The translations under genes were made by a program, and so were the position numbers. A DNA stretch of 64,000 bases, taken from positions 7,024,399 through 7,088,398 of the forward strand of contig MU053934.1 in assembly GCA_013239625.1 (NCBI GenBank), written 5' to 3'. The notes beneath the pieces are model-generated. The model did no database searches. It saw nothing but the letters and a program-made list of their open reading frames with translations, and was not told the origin of the DNA. Shown in pieces: positions 13,600 to 25,600 of the stretch (positions within the stretch are counted from its first letter, which is position 1; every line of letters starts with the position of its first letter). The stretch comes from Lama guanicoe (Eukaryota).

Positions 13600-13990
13600 T
13601 GGTACTTAGTTCCAGTTTCATATTTTTCTCCACACTCTGCCTCCCACCTTCTCAGAGTCTCTGGGACTGGCTGACTGGCACACTTCCTCCGAGGCCTTGG
13701 GCTGGTCAGCCAGGTCCTCTCTCCAAGCTCATGAGGCAGCAAGACCAAGAGAGCAGATTTGCCTGGGCTGAAGAAACTGCCTCGTCCAAGGTCATGTCTT
13801 TTTCCAGGGACAGTCTGTATCCAGCGACTGATCAATGAGGACCATAAGGACCCAGCTCCTTGCCTCAGCTCAGGACAACTCTGCAGGGCCATCTCAGCTC
13901 CAGAGCTACCTTGGGGTTGCCTGAGGCCTGTAAAGGGACTGCATCACAGCTCAACTCCTCCTCTACAGCTAAGTTATCCTTTAATTTCTT
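13600..13990 (+). mobile_element. ERVL LTR (LTR16-like)
   Basis: Motif CCTTGCCTCAGCTCAGGACAACTCTGCAGGGCCATCTCAGCTCCAGAGCT. Confidence 0.65.
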
Positions 13991-14829
13991 ATAAATGATA
14001 CGAAGTAGAAATAGCACGTACCACTTTTGGAAACTCCCTCTAATGTGTAGAGACTGCCCCCACTTCAACCCTGTCTTCTTCCTCCTGGCTGGAATGCAAA
14101 CGTGATGCTGGTGCTTCAGTAGCCATCTTGGACCATAAGCCACATGCTGAGGGTGGTGGAGCCATAAGCTAATGGGAAACTGAGTCCCCAGTGCTGTGGA
14201 ACTGCTACACCAGCCCTGGGCTGCCTACCTTGAGGGCTTCTTCACAAGTGATAAATTAACTTCTGTCTTGTTTAAGCCACTCTTATTTTGTTGTTGGTAT
14301 TTGCAACTGAAATGAATCCCAGCTGGTGTCCCCACAACAAACGGTGTCAGCACCAACCAGTCATGGGATGAGCAAGAGGCCAAAACAGTAAAACTGCACT
14401 GAATCTAGTAAAAAGGTTATAAAAGGACAATTTTGCAAAAAGCCTTAGGGTACTGTGAAATGTGCATGCAGTTTGAATGCAGAATAAAACTTGTGTTTCT
14501 ACGAAAATACACTACCATTCATACCATCGTGAAATATTTCCTAAGGTCTAATTTTGTTGGTCTTAGAACTAAGAAACCACAGGACTTCTGCTGGTGAAGG
14601 GGTCTGGCTTTAGAATTAGACATACCTGGGCTGGAATTGCAACTCTGCCAGGTACTGGCTGTGTGGCCTTAGGCAAGTCTCCTAACTTATCTGAGCCTCA
14701 GTTTCCTCTTACGTAAAGTGCGGACAGTGTCCTCCTCACAGGGGTGAGGTGAATGAAATCATGGGTAGAAAAGTGTCTACTGCTGGGCTTGGGGCAGAGC
14801 AGGAGGGCAGGAAGTGCCAGTTCCCATAG

Positions 14830-15735
14830 AGGCTTCTTACCCACAGCCATTCCTACCTCCCTTCTTAAAGGAACTCTGATTTTCTTCAGTGCTCAGATGG
14901 CTTTTGCTGTAGATGAAGTCGGACCCTTCCTAGTCCTGGGGGTGATTCTCAATTGGTTTAAGCCAGTCCTGGTCATTTCACTACCTTTGCTAGTGATTGG
15001 AGCTGGAATGGTCACGTGATGCTATTCTGGCCAATGAGAGTTAGGGAAAGTCAGCTGGAGAAGGGGGCTTCTGGGAAAGTTTTCATAGACACAAGGGAGG
15101 AACATTCTCTTTTCTGCTTTTTTTGCATTAGTGCCCAAGGGTGTGATGCTTGGAGTAGTGGCAGCCACCTTGAGATTATGAGGGGACAAGCTTGAGACTA
15201 AAAGTCAACATGCTGGATCCTTGAAGACATGAAGACTTTGGCGAGCTACTGAATTAAGCGACCCTGGAGGCATCCTATCACCAGATTCTTTGTTGCTTGT
15301 GGCAGGAACTCTGAGCTGTCCTCTAGTGTCGAGTCTTCCTGCCATCCTTTTAGTAATAGAACCTACTGAGTTTTGACCGGACATTTGGCTCCCCCAGCTG
15401 TAGACTACACTTGCCAGCATCCTTGGCAGCTGGGTGTGGCCATATGACTAAGTCCAGGCTAATGGGATGTGAGCAGAAGTGATGTCTTCAACTTCTGGAT
15501 TATCTCCTTAATGCCCTGGGCATTCTCTATCCTCCTTCCCACTAGCTGGAAAGTAGGAACAGCTGGAGCCTTTAGGAAGCCCCATCCTGAGGATGGCCGA
15601 GTGGCCCCATCGGCTTTGGAGCACTCATCTTGGGGCTGTGATGTGTGAGAGAAACAGTCTTCCACCTTAATTAAGTGACTCTCTTTTGGGGTCTTTTTGT
15701 GATAGCAGCTTCCTGAGTACCTTAGCCAATATATC
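14830..15735 (+). mobile_element. Cluster of old LTR33/MLT1-like fragments (similar pieces at ~9.7-10.1, 14.0-14.3, 44.3-44.65 and 53.4-53.8 kb)
   Basis: Motifs such as GCAGCCATCTTG, TTTAAGCCA and CCTTGGCAGCTGGGTGTGGCCATATGACTAAG. Confidence 0.55.
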
Positions 15736-18700
15736 ATGTGGGATAATCAAAGTCCTCCTGATTTCACTCACTTGAGTTGTTTCTAGCAGCCAGGGCCTCC
15801 TCTCTGATCTTTCTTTCCTTGGAAGTTGGCGGGGACTGGGGCTGGGTTTGTGATTTTTATTGGTGATGGATCATGGCTGCGAGGGATGTCCTCCTGTTTG
15901 GGAGTTCCCTCCCCTCCCCCGGCCCCACTGAGTTTAGTCTCATCTACCACCTTGGTTCCCTCCTGCTGCTGTCCCCAGCCCCAAGGAAGTGGATGCTCTC
16001 CCCACCCCCCACCCCCAAACACAGTAGCCTAGATCTCACCTGAGTCCAAAGCAATGTCCCGTCCTGACCCCCAACCTCATGGCAGATTTCCCAGCATGCC
16101 TTACACTGGCTGGCCCACTTTAGGACAAACAGATTTAGGAACAAGTGAACCATGAAGCCAGACTTCCAGGAACGTAGTCCTAAGCTACTCCTCATCTTTG
16201 TTCTCAGATGGAGGACATTCCAATTTAATATTTAAACAAGAAGTTGAATATTGATACAGCAGCAAGGGGGAATTATTCCCCTACCCCAGCGCCGCTGGAA
16301 AATCTACTTCCTCGCTTGCCTGGTCTTGGCCAATCGGGAAGGTTCATTAAATAATCAACAGCAAACTTGCCTCAGGCCCCTGCTGGGTCACTTGCTGCCC
16401 CCCAGTAAAGGGATGGGTCCTCACCTTCTTCCCCAACTCCCAGACAAAAACATCTGTAAACACCCTCTCCAGAGCCAGAAACAAACAACAGCGTTCCTAG
16501 GATCTGATTACTGTCCCCAGGGCAGCCTTCCCAGGGAGTCGGGCGCTCCCTTCCTTCTCCTTTCCGAGAACTTAAGAAATCAGTTGCCCAGCAAATGTTC
16601 TAGCTCCTACTCCAAAGCGGGGGTGGGGGGTGTTGGGGAGGGGAAGAGGGTGGGCTGCCTGAGGTTGTCAGGGCATCAGGTGACTGTGAACTTGGGATGC
16701 GGCAGAAGAAAGCACAGAGTCTCTCTGGAATCCGGCCAGGGCAGAGGAACCCAGGGAGGGCTCCGGCCTTTGGTCTGTGGGTCTGCACAGGCAGGTGAGG
16801 AGTCCAAGCTCCCACTCAGGCTGGCACTGGCGCCATCTCAAGCACCCTCAGCCAGTCTCCTTCCTGCCTGAGCTTGTTCCTCAGGACAGCTGAGGCCTGG
16901 GTTCAAATCCCAGCGCTTGCTGAGCCTGTTCCCCGGATAGAAATGGGGATGTATTCTGTATAATATGTTCCATGCCAGGCACTGTGCTGGCTCATCTAAT
17001 TGTCACAACCAGGCTAGGAAGTGGGTACCATCCACCTCCTCTTTGTAAGAGGCCACAGGCACAGCTCTGACCAGGGCACACAGGCCAGGAGGCAGGAAAA
17101 GGTGATCTTTGGGCTCCCCTGCCCTGCCTCGGGCTTTAGGATGGTTCCTCCCAGCCCAGAGGAGGCACAAGAACACAGCACCAGGCCAGGCGAGGCTGGT
17201 GTCCTCAAGGCTAGGGTTAAGCGCAGCAGGGGGCACCTTCTGGCCTCATGGCCTGGTGATGAACCAGCCTTTCTCCTGTCACCTCGGCGCTGCCCGCACC
17301 CATCCTCCCGCCTCTATTCTCCAGGATGCTGCTGTTATTTCTGGCCAGCTGGTCCTGACTGGTTTTCAACTTACTGCATTAAGTGGCTGGGCGTGGGGTA
17401 GGGCAGCCTTAGTGAGGGGCAGGCTCAGCGAGGGACAGCCCACAGCCATCCTGGCCATTGCACGGAGGGTCCTTACTAGAATGTGGAAGAGAAAAAGTCA
17501 ACCCCAGTCTCGGTGCCCCTTCTCTGTACCCCTCTGCCCACTTTCTCAGAGACAAGGATGCCAGGAGAATATGAGAGTTCTCCCATTCTTGGAGGGCCCT
17601 GCCTGGCATGATGTAAGGAGGCTCTGGGGCCAAAGCTGCCTCCCTGACCTCATTTCCAGGTCGAGGTCCTCTGAGAAGGCCTGGAAACGTTCGGCCAGCC
17701 TTCCTACAGAGCTGGCTGCAGCTGCTGGCCGGGCTTGGCCAGGTCCTCTGGGTTAGACAATGCCCGGGGTGTCTGGGGGCCCAAAGATCTCTAACTGATG
17801 CTCCCAGAGAGAGAGGGTGCAGAGCTGGTCCCTCTGGGCCTTCAGCTCTACATGGACTGACGGGAACTTCCTGAGGTCTCTGCAAAGCTACATGGATGTC
17901 CCCTGGCTAGGAGCCCCTTGGGAATGACTCTGAGAGAGGTTTGACATGGATCTGGCCTTCAAGATCTTTTGGGGGACAGACCAAGAATTCAACGGTCATG
18001 GAGGTTGCATAGAAGCTGTGGGACTGGGGTAGGGGTGGCGGCGGGCAGTCAGGGAAGGCGTCCTCGAGGGGACATCAGCCTCATGGGAAGGAACAGGAGT
18101 TTGTTGAAGATGGTGGGAAGGCACTGCAGGCAGCAGCAAAGGCATAGAGTAGCAACCTGTGGCCATCAGAGTGGGGAGGGGAGTCAAGAATGTGGTTTAG
18201 TGTCCAGGAAGGCAATGCTCAAGGCTGGAGAGGGAGGCAGGGCCAGATTATGGAGGGCCTTGAATGCTGGGCCCAGGAGTTAGGCTTCGGTGTCTAGGCA
18301 ACAGGGAGCCATGGAAGAGTTTAGGGCAAGGGAGTGAGGTGTCTGTTTCATCTCTGCATGGTGCCTAGTAGGCACTCGCTATATGACGGCCAAATGACTA
18401 GTAAAACTGTCCTTCACCCGAAGAGGTCAACCCACTTGCTTAACTATATACCATTGTATTTATTTCTATTATTAAAATAAAATCTACTCATTCTAAAACA
18501 ATTTTAAAAGATAGGTGAAGTGATATTGTGGCTGGAGAAATAATTGAAACAACATTCATTGTTTTCATCAAAAACATAACCTGTTCTTGAATACCGCTGG
18601 AGCCAGGGGTCTCACCTCCTTACCAGGCTTCCCAAGATCTACTGCCGGCAGAATCCAGAGGCCTCTAAACACCTCTCCCCTTGGCTTCCAAACTGCAGCC

Positions 18701-19348
18701 GGCTGAGTCCCAGGGGCCCTGACAGCATCCCCGGTCCCACGGGAAGGGTTTGTCCCGCCCGGCCGAAATGCCCAGCTCATACCGGCAGCTTCCTTCCTCC
18801 CCACAAACAAGCCGGAGCCTTGCCCTGTGGGGAGCAGGTTTTCCTCTGGCCCAGCCCTGGGGCTGCCAGCATGGCACTTCTGTCTCTCCTAGGTTCTTAG
18901 ACAGATGGCGCGGGTGAGGCAGGAGGGACCCCACAGGCCCTCACACCTCCCTTGGGCCTCCTCTAAGTTTGATGGCAGCATGCCCCCACCCTGGTGGTGG
19001 GCTCATTTGGCTCAGTTCAGGGTAAAACAGATTCGGGCTCATTATGGGGTGGGGGTGGGGGTGCCAGTGGGACCCAACTGAGGCTGTTTGTGAGCCTTGA
19101 AAAGTGAGGTGGGAAAGTGGGCTTCTCCCATTTCCCACCGCAGCTGCTCTCTGGCACCAGCACCAGGGCTGTGAGCCCGCCCAGCGGCCAGGTCCCCGGG
19201 CCCCTCTGACCTTGGCAGGTCGTGTGACCTCAGACAAGTCACCACCACCACCAGCCTCAGCTGCTTCCCCAGCTGCAGAGTGGGCTGACGAGGGCTGTGC
19301 AAGTGAATGCATTTCATAAACCAAAAAGCACTAGATGTTGGTGAGTCA

Positions 19349-19363
19349 TTTATTGTATTTATT
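19349..19363 (-). terminator. Tandem AATAAA poly(A) signals of A4GALT
   Basis: AATAAA at 19363-19358 and 19354-19349, followed by the U/GU-rich downstream element TGCTTTTTGGTTTATG. Confidence 0.8.
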
Positions 19364-20087
19364 ATTCTCCTGTGTTTATCACAGGCACAGCAGGGAGTGA
19401 TTTCTTTAAAATGCTTTTCCTGAGCCAAAAGAACTCCAGCCCCCGTGCCCACAAGCAGGCAGCTGGCACATGTCACTCTTGCAACATCTCTAGAAACAAG
19501 GATGGGGTGGGTAGGCCGGGTTTCTCCCAAATTGCTCCCCGGGCCGGCTCTGCCTGCCTTGGCCCCTCTGAAAAAGAAACCAAACCCCCCAAAGCTCCCC
19601 ACCCCTTGGGCTCATGAGGCTGGCTTTGCTTCCCCACTCCTGCACAAGCTGCCTCCTCTCCCTGCTCTCAACCCTCTTTCCTTGGGCTTTGTGCTCCCCT
19701 CATGGGCACTTCAGCCCCAACCTGCCTGCTTTCCATGCTGCCCTGGAAGATGCTTTCATGTTCACTGGGCTTGCCTGTTGTCTATAAGACTCCAGTTGAT
19801 TCTGGCTGAGCACCTTACCCTCACCACTAGTCACCTGTACCCTGTGACAGTGCACTGGCCTAGGGACTGTCCAACCAGCCTCACACAAGCTTGAAGGGAG
19901 CAGATCCCAGGGCCTGCAGCACGTCCTCCAGTAACACCTCTTGGGCTGACAGTTTTCTGCACCAAATCCTGGGCTGCAGCAGCTCAGGCCTCCCTCTCCC
20001 GAGCCCTCCCATCTCGCCTCCCCAGGAAGGGTGGCCGAGAGCCCTTCTCCCGGATGCTAGGTGGGGGCAGGCGGCCTGGCAAGCCCT

Positions 20088-21152
20088 TCACAAGTACATC
20101 TTCATGGCCTCATGTGTCGTGGGGCAGTAGCGGGAGTGGAGCTGGGCCAGCAGCGCCCTGGACGTGGCCTCGAAGCTTGTGCCCTGGCTCTTCTTGTTCC
20201 ACACGTGGACAGCGTAGGTGGCATTGAGCAGCCGGGACAGCTCCTCGGGGGTGATCTCTTCAAAGTACTTCTTCCAGTTCTGCCAGGGGATGGGGTAGAA
20301 CGCCTCGCAGGGCAGGGTGGTGACGCCGCGGCAGAAGTGGCTCTCGCCCAGGCTGCGGATGGAGCACCACTTCTTGAAGACCCGCGTGAGCAGCTGCGGG
20401 CCCTGGTGGCCCCAGATCCAGCCGTTGTAGTGGGCCACGAAGTCACGCATGCACAGCGCCATGAACTCATGGTGGCGCTCGAAGGCCAGGAAGGCGCCGT
20501 TGAGGACGTAGCGGGACTGGGTGCCCAGTGCATTGGTCAGGTTCCTCAGGTTCTTGAGGACGATGAAATCCGTGTCCAGGTAGATGCCTCCAAACTTCCA
20601 CAGGAGCGCAATCCTAGAGGCATCGGAGAGCACGGGCAGCAGGTAGGGCTCCCACCGCTGCCGCACGGCCGTGTACCAGGCTGCCAGAGGCGTGTCCCGG
20701 AACAGCTCCTCCAGGTCCAGTGGGAGGATCTGCACGTTGGGGAAGCAGCCCAGCAGCGAGAGGCCCAGGTGCCGGGGTAGGGAGGCGTTCCCGCCAGGCA
20801 GCCCCTTCATCAGGACCACCACCCGCGACTCGGGGTGGGCCCGGGCTGCTGACTCCACTGAGCACATGAACAGGAAGTTGGGGTTGGTCCGGTCAGAAGT
20901 CTCCAGGAAGAAGATGTTGCCTGGAGGTGGGGTTCCAGAGGCTGGTGTGGGGGGCACCAAGCGGGGGCAGGGGATGTCGGCAGGCAGGTTGGAGAAATGT
21001 CCTTGGCCCCTGGGCTCTCCCACGATGTGCCAGTAGATCATGACGGAGACAAAAAGCATGAACTTGAAGCTGATGATAAACAGGGTGCAGACCCGCTGTC
21101 TTGGGGCGCCCCGGAGCAGCCACAGCAGCCAGTCGGGGGGCCTGGACAGCAT
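20088..21152 (-). CDS. A4GALT: Lactosylceramide 4-alpha-galactosyltransferase (Gb3/CD77/P1PK synthase), 354 aa, whole CDS in the last exon
   Basis: Translation MLSRPPDWLLWLLRGAPRQRVCTLFIISFKF...GGIYLDTDFIVLKNLRNLTN...HEAMKMYL closely matches recalled human A4GALT. It has a type II TM segment, the DTD (DxD) motif and the NAS and NLT sequons. ATG at 21152-21150, TGA at 20090-20088. Confidence 0.98.
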   Translation of the reverse strand: MLSRPPDWLLWLLRGAPRQRVCTLFIISFKFMLFVSVMIYWHIVGEPRGQGHFSNLPADIPCPRLVPPTPASGTPPPGNIFFLETSDRTNPNFLFMCSVESAARAHPESRVVVLMKGLPGGNASLPRHLGLSLLGCFPNVQILPLDLEELFRDTPLAAWYTAVRQRWEPYLLPVLSDASRIALLWKFGGIYLDTDFIVLKNLRNLTNALGTQSRYVLNGAFLAFERHHEFMALCMRDFVAHYNGWIWGHQGPQLLTRVFKKWCSIRSLGESHFCRGVTTLPCEAFYPIPWQNWKKYFEEITPEELSRLLNATYAVHVWNKKSQGTSFEATSRALLAQLHSRYCPTTHEAMKMYL

Positions 21153-22552
21153 CTCCCCAGGTGATGTCAGGAGCCTCCAGCAGGAACTGGCTGGTCTGCA
21201 AGAGACGAGCACCACACTCGGGCAGGCTGCTGGCATCCCCGACCCAAGAAACACACTTCCCACAAACACCAGCCACAGCTCACACCGTCTTCTAGAGCCC
21301 GCAGACCTGCCAGCTGCCTGCTCAAAGCCCCGTCTCCTCACCTGCAAAATGGGAGCACTGGGCCATGGGCTAAGATGTACACAGAGTCCAACATTCTGTG
21401 ACATACCTGTGAGTTCCCCATGGACTGGGCCAGTGCCACCTACAATGTGCGGCCAACACAGGCCCAGGGCAGGGTCTGGCATGTGCCAGGGCTGTCAGAG
21501 ATCATGCCGTTGCCACATGGCACACAGGCCTCTCTTCCTGGTGAGGCCTGTCCCACTCAAACTGCCAGGTTGGCGGCCTATGATTTGAGGCCCATTCAGT
21601 TCCACAAACCAGGCCTGGAGGTGGTCCAAGAGGAAGGACAGCCAGCAACCATGGGCACTTCCAGCCGGAGGCCTGGAGCTCTAGGGGCCTGGGCGATGGC
21701 AGGCAAGCTTGCTCAGAAGCAGGATGGGTGGCACATGGGCATGCCGCTGGATCCCGAAACCCTTGGCCTGGACACAGCAGGATCTCCTGGGCCTCTGGCT
21801 GCCCCAGTCCCTGACTAGAAGGGAAAGGGATGGGGAGTTTGTGCTATATATAGTCTGTGACCTTGACTAGTACTGTTGCCCTCGGACCCTCGCTCTTTTG
21901 TGGTGCCCACATTGGAACATTCTTGGGTGCCCTCGAGGTGGGACTGTGTGGGACCCCAGGTCTGCCTGAACCAGCTGGACAGTAATAGCATGTCATACAT
22001 ATTAATTAATTAATCACTTACAGCCACCCTGTAGAGGGGAATCATCACCCTCACTTTACATGTGAGGAGACTGAGGCACAGAGAAGTCCTATAATTCATG
22101 CAGAGTCCCCTGGCCAGGGCCGGGGTTTGAACCCAGGCCACCTGGCTCCAAAGTCTGTGCTCTCAGCACTGCACTGTCCTGGCCGGCAGAGAGGCGGTGC
22201 GAGTGTGTGACTGTGCCTGGCGCTGGACCCGGTGTACGTTGACCTGGACAGTTCTCACTATTAACAGAATCCCGGCCACCATTACTGTCCTGAATCCAAC
22301 CCCCTCTGGCCCTCAGTAACCTCAGGGGCAGCTGCATCGTTTTCATTCTAGAGGCCTGGAAGTTTGGGTGTAAAGTGGAGGGGGACCGAATGCAGCCTGG
22401 GGGCTAAGGGGAGCTGGAGTAAACCCCTCCCCAGGACAGAGGGGTCTTGTGGCCTGAGGGAGGTGCTGGGAGCCTTGAGTTGCTCAGTTGGGCCCCGCCC
22501 TCCCCGAGGCTGAGGCAGGGAACTGCAATCACGTCATGCACCAGAAACTGAC

Positions 22553-22688
22553 CAGCCTGGATGGCCCATGGCGGCGAGGTGAGGATCGGGGCGGCCTGGC
22601 TGGCCTCCTGGAGACACGCCTTGGCTCAGCAGCCAACCTTCTCTGCCAACACGGTCCTTCCACATGCTCTCCACGCCCACAAACCCAT
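22553..22688 (-). other. A4GALT: A4GALT non-coding exon 2 (136 nt)
   Basis: Acceptor CATCTTTTGCAG|ATGGGT and donor CAGGCTG|GTCAGT. Internal sequence GTGTTGGCAGAGAAGGTTGGCTGCTGAGCCAAGGCGTGTCTCC resembles the recalled human A4GALT 5'UTR. Confidence 0.85.
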
Positions 22689-25600
22689 CTGCAAAAGATG
22701 GCGAGAGACAGTGAGGCCCGTTCCCCAGCCACACAGGCCGGGCAGGCTGGCCTGGGGCCCACATGCTCATTATTCCTTTCTCTGCCCCTCAGGGAACAGG
22801 CTTGAGAGAAGAGAAGACTGAGGCGCAGCCCTGCCCTGAAAGAATGCTCAGCCTGAGGGAAGACCATTTGGAAAGAGACAAGGACGATAAACTCGAGGAT
22901 GGCTGAAATGGAGCAAAGGGGCCAGCGGAGGGGAGAAGACGGCTTCCCGCGGGAGGTGACACAGGATGAGAAGGGAGTTAGCTAGACGGACCTCCACAAG
23001 CACCATGGGGACCTGCACCACCTCTCTCCCCAGTGCCCGGCTCAGTGCCTGGTACATAGTAGGCACCCAGGAAATGGACACACTGATTCACTCACTCAGC
23101 AGCCAGAGGGATGCTTTAAAAACACGTCAGGTCAGGTTGCCCCTCTGCTCAGACCCTGAGTGATGTGGGAGGCCCAGATCCACCAGGTGCTGTGAGTCCC
23201 CACACCCCGATCCCCCACCCACTTCCCTCCCCATCACCGCCTGGCCTCCTCCCCCCTCCTCAAGCCCACCACCCAACCCTGCCGTCTCAGGGCCCCCACA
23301 CCTGCTGTTCTCCCTGCTTGGTCTCCCTCCTGCAGGTGTTCACACTGTTCATTCCCTCACCTCCCTCTCATCTTCACTCAGAAATCATCTTCCCGTGGGG
23401 CCTTCCCTGGCCCCGCTAAAATTCCAACTCCCTATCACTTCATGCCTCCCACTCAAGTTTATTCTTCCTAGTACTTATTCTAACAAACATACTGTATGGT
23501 GTTTACACTCATTTGTTTTGATTACTTATTTGGAACATAACCCTATGAGGACAGGTATTTTTCTGTGTTTTGTTCAGCATCTAGAATAGTGCCTGGCTCT
23601 TGGTATGGAGTAAATAAAAATTGAGTGAGTGAGTGACTGGATGAGTAAAGGAGGAAGTGAGTGAATGAAGGAGCAAATCGATGAGTGAGATCAGTGAGTG
23701 ACCAGGGAATTGATGAATGAAGAAACGAATGAGTAGGCAAACCATTGAGTGATGAAATGAGCCAATGAGCATGTGCGTGAGGACACTGGGGGTCAGAGGT
23801 AGGGTGAGCTGCCTGGGACTCCCCAGAAGGGGTCGTGAGTGGTAGAGCTGTGATGTAAACCAAGAACCCCATGTTCCCCTGGCCCTGGTTTTCCCTGCAG
23901 GGAGAGAGGCTATTTCGGTCCTGAGTATTTTTAATCCACTGTGAACCACATTGATGAGTGCAGACAAGAAGATGGAGCGAGGCCCTGGCTGCTCGGGGCC
24001 CCAGCGCTGGGATGAGCTGGCTTCCCTTGATGTGGGGGCGGTATGAGCCTGCTGAGGAGGATGTGCCCTTGCTGGCCATGGATGAAGGTGCCAGACACGA
24101 GCAGCACCATATTTGGTGCCGGAGCCTGAGACCTGGGAATAGGAACTGTGTATGGGGCTAAGCTGGCCACAGCCCAATACCCGTGTGATCTCAGGCCCAA
24201 AGCATGCTCGTGGTCCCTGGATGGGCCTCACAGCCACAGTCCAAGTCCTGGCTTCTGTCAGTGGAGCCTGGCACATTGTTGCCACCTCCTCCTGTTTCCC
24301 TGCCTACCACTTCCAGCCCTGAGCTGGGGAGATAGTCCCAGTTAGCACCTAACTGTGGTCATATCCCTGCTCTAAGACCTTCTGTGGCTCCCCGTGTCCC
24401 CATGATCCAACTTGGGCAGGAAGTGAGGATGGGAAGCGCAGGGCTGGTGGAGACAGGGGGCTGAAGGTCTGACTAGACCCCTGTTGGCCCAGCCCCCAGC
24501 ACCAGTTCTGTGGACCCCGCCTCGGGAGCACAGTCATCAGGGGCCAGGTTCAGGTGCCTAGAAAAGGCTCCCCTTCCCGGCGCTCATCACCCCTCCATGG
24601 CCTGCACCCACCTCTGCCCCCACAGTGGGGGCGCTCCACCTCTGACCCTCTCTGGGCTCCTGCGTCCAGCCCATGGCAGGAGAGAAGGGTTGTAAGTCCC
24701 CTGGGGAGATGGGGTGGCCGTCGGGTGGTTTTGCTCTCCCAGCACCCATTCCCACTTCTGATCACAGCGCCCCAATTTCCTTTGGGGAACCACCCCTGCC
24801 CCACAGACTTTACTCCCTAGCTCTGGGGGTGGGCACGTGATTCAGGTCTGGCTGATGACTGTGCGGCATCCCCGGCCACAGCGATCGGCCCCAGGCTCTA
24901 CTCTCAGAGCCTGAAGGTGCTGGGACTGCCGGTGACCTGCCCGCCAGGAGAGGACACGTGTAGGACCAGGTGAACATGGGACAGGACTCTCTGGCACTTC
25001 CTGGGTTTACGGACCTCAGACGACCCCAAATGAGAGACAACCCGGCCCAACCTCTCACGCTTGCCCCATGCCAAGAAGAAACCGGGATTCATTATGTGCT
25101 GGGAGATTTGGGGCTGGGGACCCAGTGGGGGATGCAGTGGGTGACAGAGGAGAGTCTGCTGCATTCTTCTGCTTCATGAGGAAGCAAGCAACTAACGGGG
25201 TCCGGAGGCCCTGGCCCAGCTCCAGCTGGGGTCAGTGAGGGGTGCCAACTACCAGTGAGGGGCGCCAGTATTATTCCAACTAATCCCAGTCTCTGCTCCC
25301 TTGTTTAACTTTCAGAAAATTTAAGTGACTCATGCGAGTGGCCATAGCTAGTGGCACCGGGCTGGTGTCTGCTTCCAGGGCGGCCCAGCCCTGCTCGACC
25401 TGCTATGTGACCTTAGGCAAGTCACTTTCCCTTTCTGGGCCTCAGATTCCTTCTGCACGATGGGGAAGGGAGAGCAGGACTAACCGAATGTTCCAACTGT
25501 GGGGACACAGGGCATGTGCTGATCAACCTCCTTGATAAGTTAACATCTAAGAGATACCTGAGGCTACGTGCTGAGGGACCCAGGGGAAGGTGACCTGGCT

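Larger units (their letters stand above)
19335..21195 (-). other. A4GALT: A4GALT exon 3 (43 nt 5'UTR + CDS + ~750 nt 3'UTR)
   Basis: Acceptor CTCGTCTCTTGCAG|ACCAGCC with AG at 21197-21196. The 3' end is approximate, inferred from the poly(A) signals. Confidence 0.85.

Noticed and set aside
20061..20780. 239 aa antisense ORF over A4GALT
   Set aside because: Expected shadow of a GC3-rich CDS with a non-ATG start; no independent evidence.
21153..21482. 110 aa N-terminal extension of the 464 aa ORF
   Set aside because: It crosses the exon 3 acceptor at 21196 into intron 2, includes MIR-like sequence, and shows no similarity to A4GALT as I know it.
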